Shown: positions 63,991 through 64,000 of the stretch, piece by piece
Layout of the letters: each line of letters begins with the position of its first letter
How positions within the stretch are numbered: the stretch's first letter is position 1
Source: Escherichia phage EC101
Strand: one strand, 5' to 3'
Length of the DNA: 64,000 bases
Sequence record: OL310488.1
Position numbers and translations under genes: made by a program
The notes under the pieces: model-generated
What the model was told of the DNA's origin: nothing
Databases searched by the model: none
Seen by the model: only the letters and a program-made list of their open reading frames with translations

Positions 63991-64000
63991 AAGCACACAA

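Overview
This window is a contiguous stretch of a T4-like (T-even, Tequatrovirus-type) phage genome, read in the opposite orientation to the conventional T4 map. Gene order runs rIIA-rIIB-denB-ndd-stp-52-motA-arn-asiA, then t and the long tail fibre genes 38-37-36-35-34 on the minus strand, then rnh-dsbA-33-59-32-frd-td-nrdA-mobE-nrdB-denA-rnlA-alc-spanins-pseT-cd-31-rIII-30-alt, then baseplate genes 54-48-29-28-27-51 (minus) and 26-25, then uvsY, uvsW (minus), inh and hoc. Nearly every ORF maps onto a known T4 gene by length and by sequence as I recall it; no database search was run, so all identifications rest on memory, sequence motifs and synteny. I found no rRNA, tRNA, CRISPR array, integrase or transposase, and no clearly novel multi-gene system. 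The points most worth a second look are: a 68-codon ORF inserted exactly at the frd/td junction; the td group I intron with I-TevI next to an intron-less nrdB that is preceded by a free-standing HNH endonuclease; a tandem pair of Alt-type ADP-ribosyltransferases about 3 kb downstream of a NADAR-like gene; a 54-bp exact direct repeat of a promoter-leader module 15.8 kb apart; a Hoc gene enlarged by three near-identical 288-bp tandem repeats; a T2-type glycine-rich gp38 adhesin; and several very short ORFs below the ORF-track threshold, including the 26-codon stp peptide.
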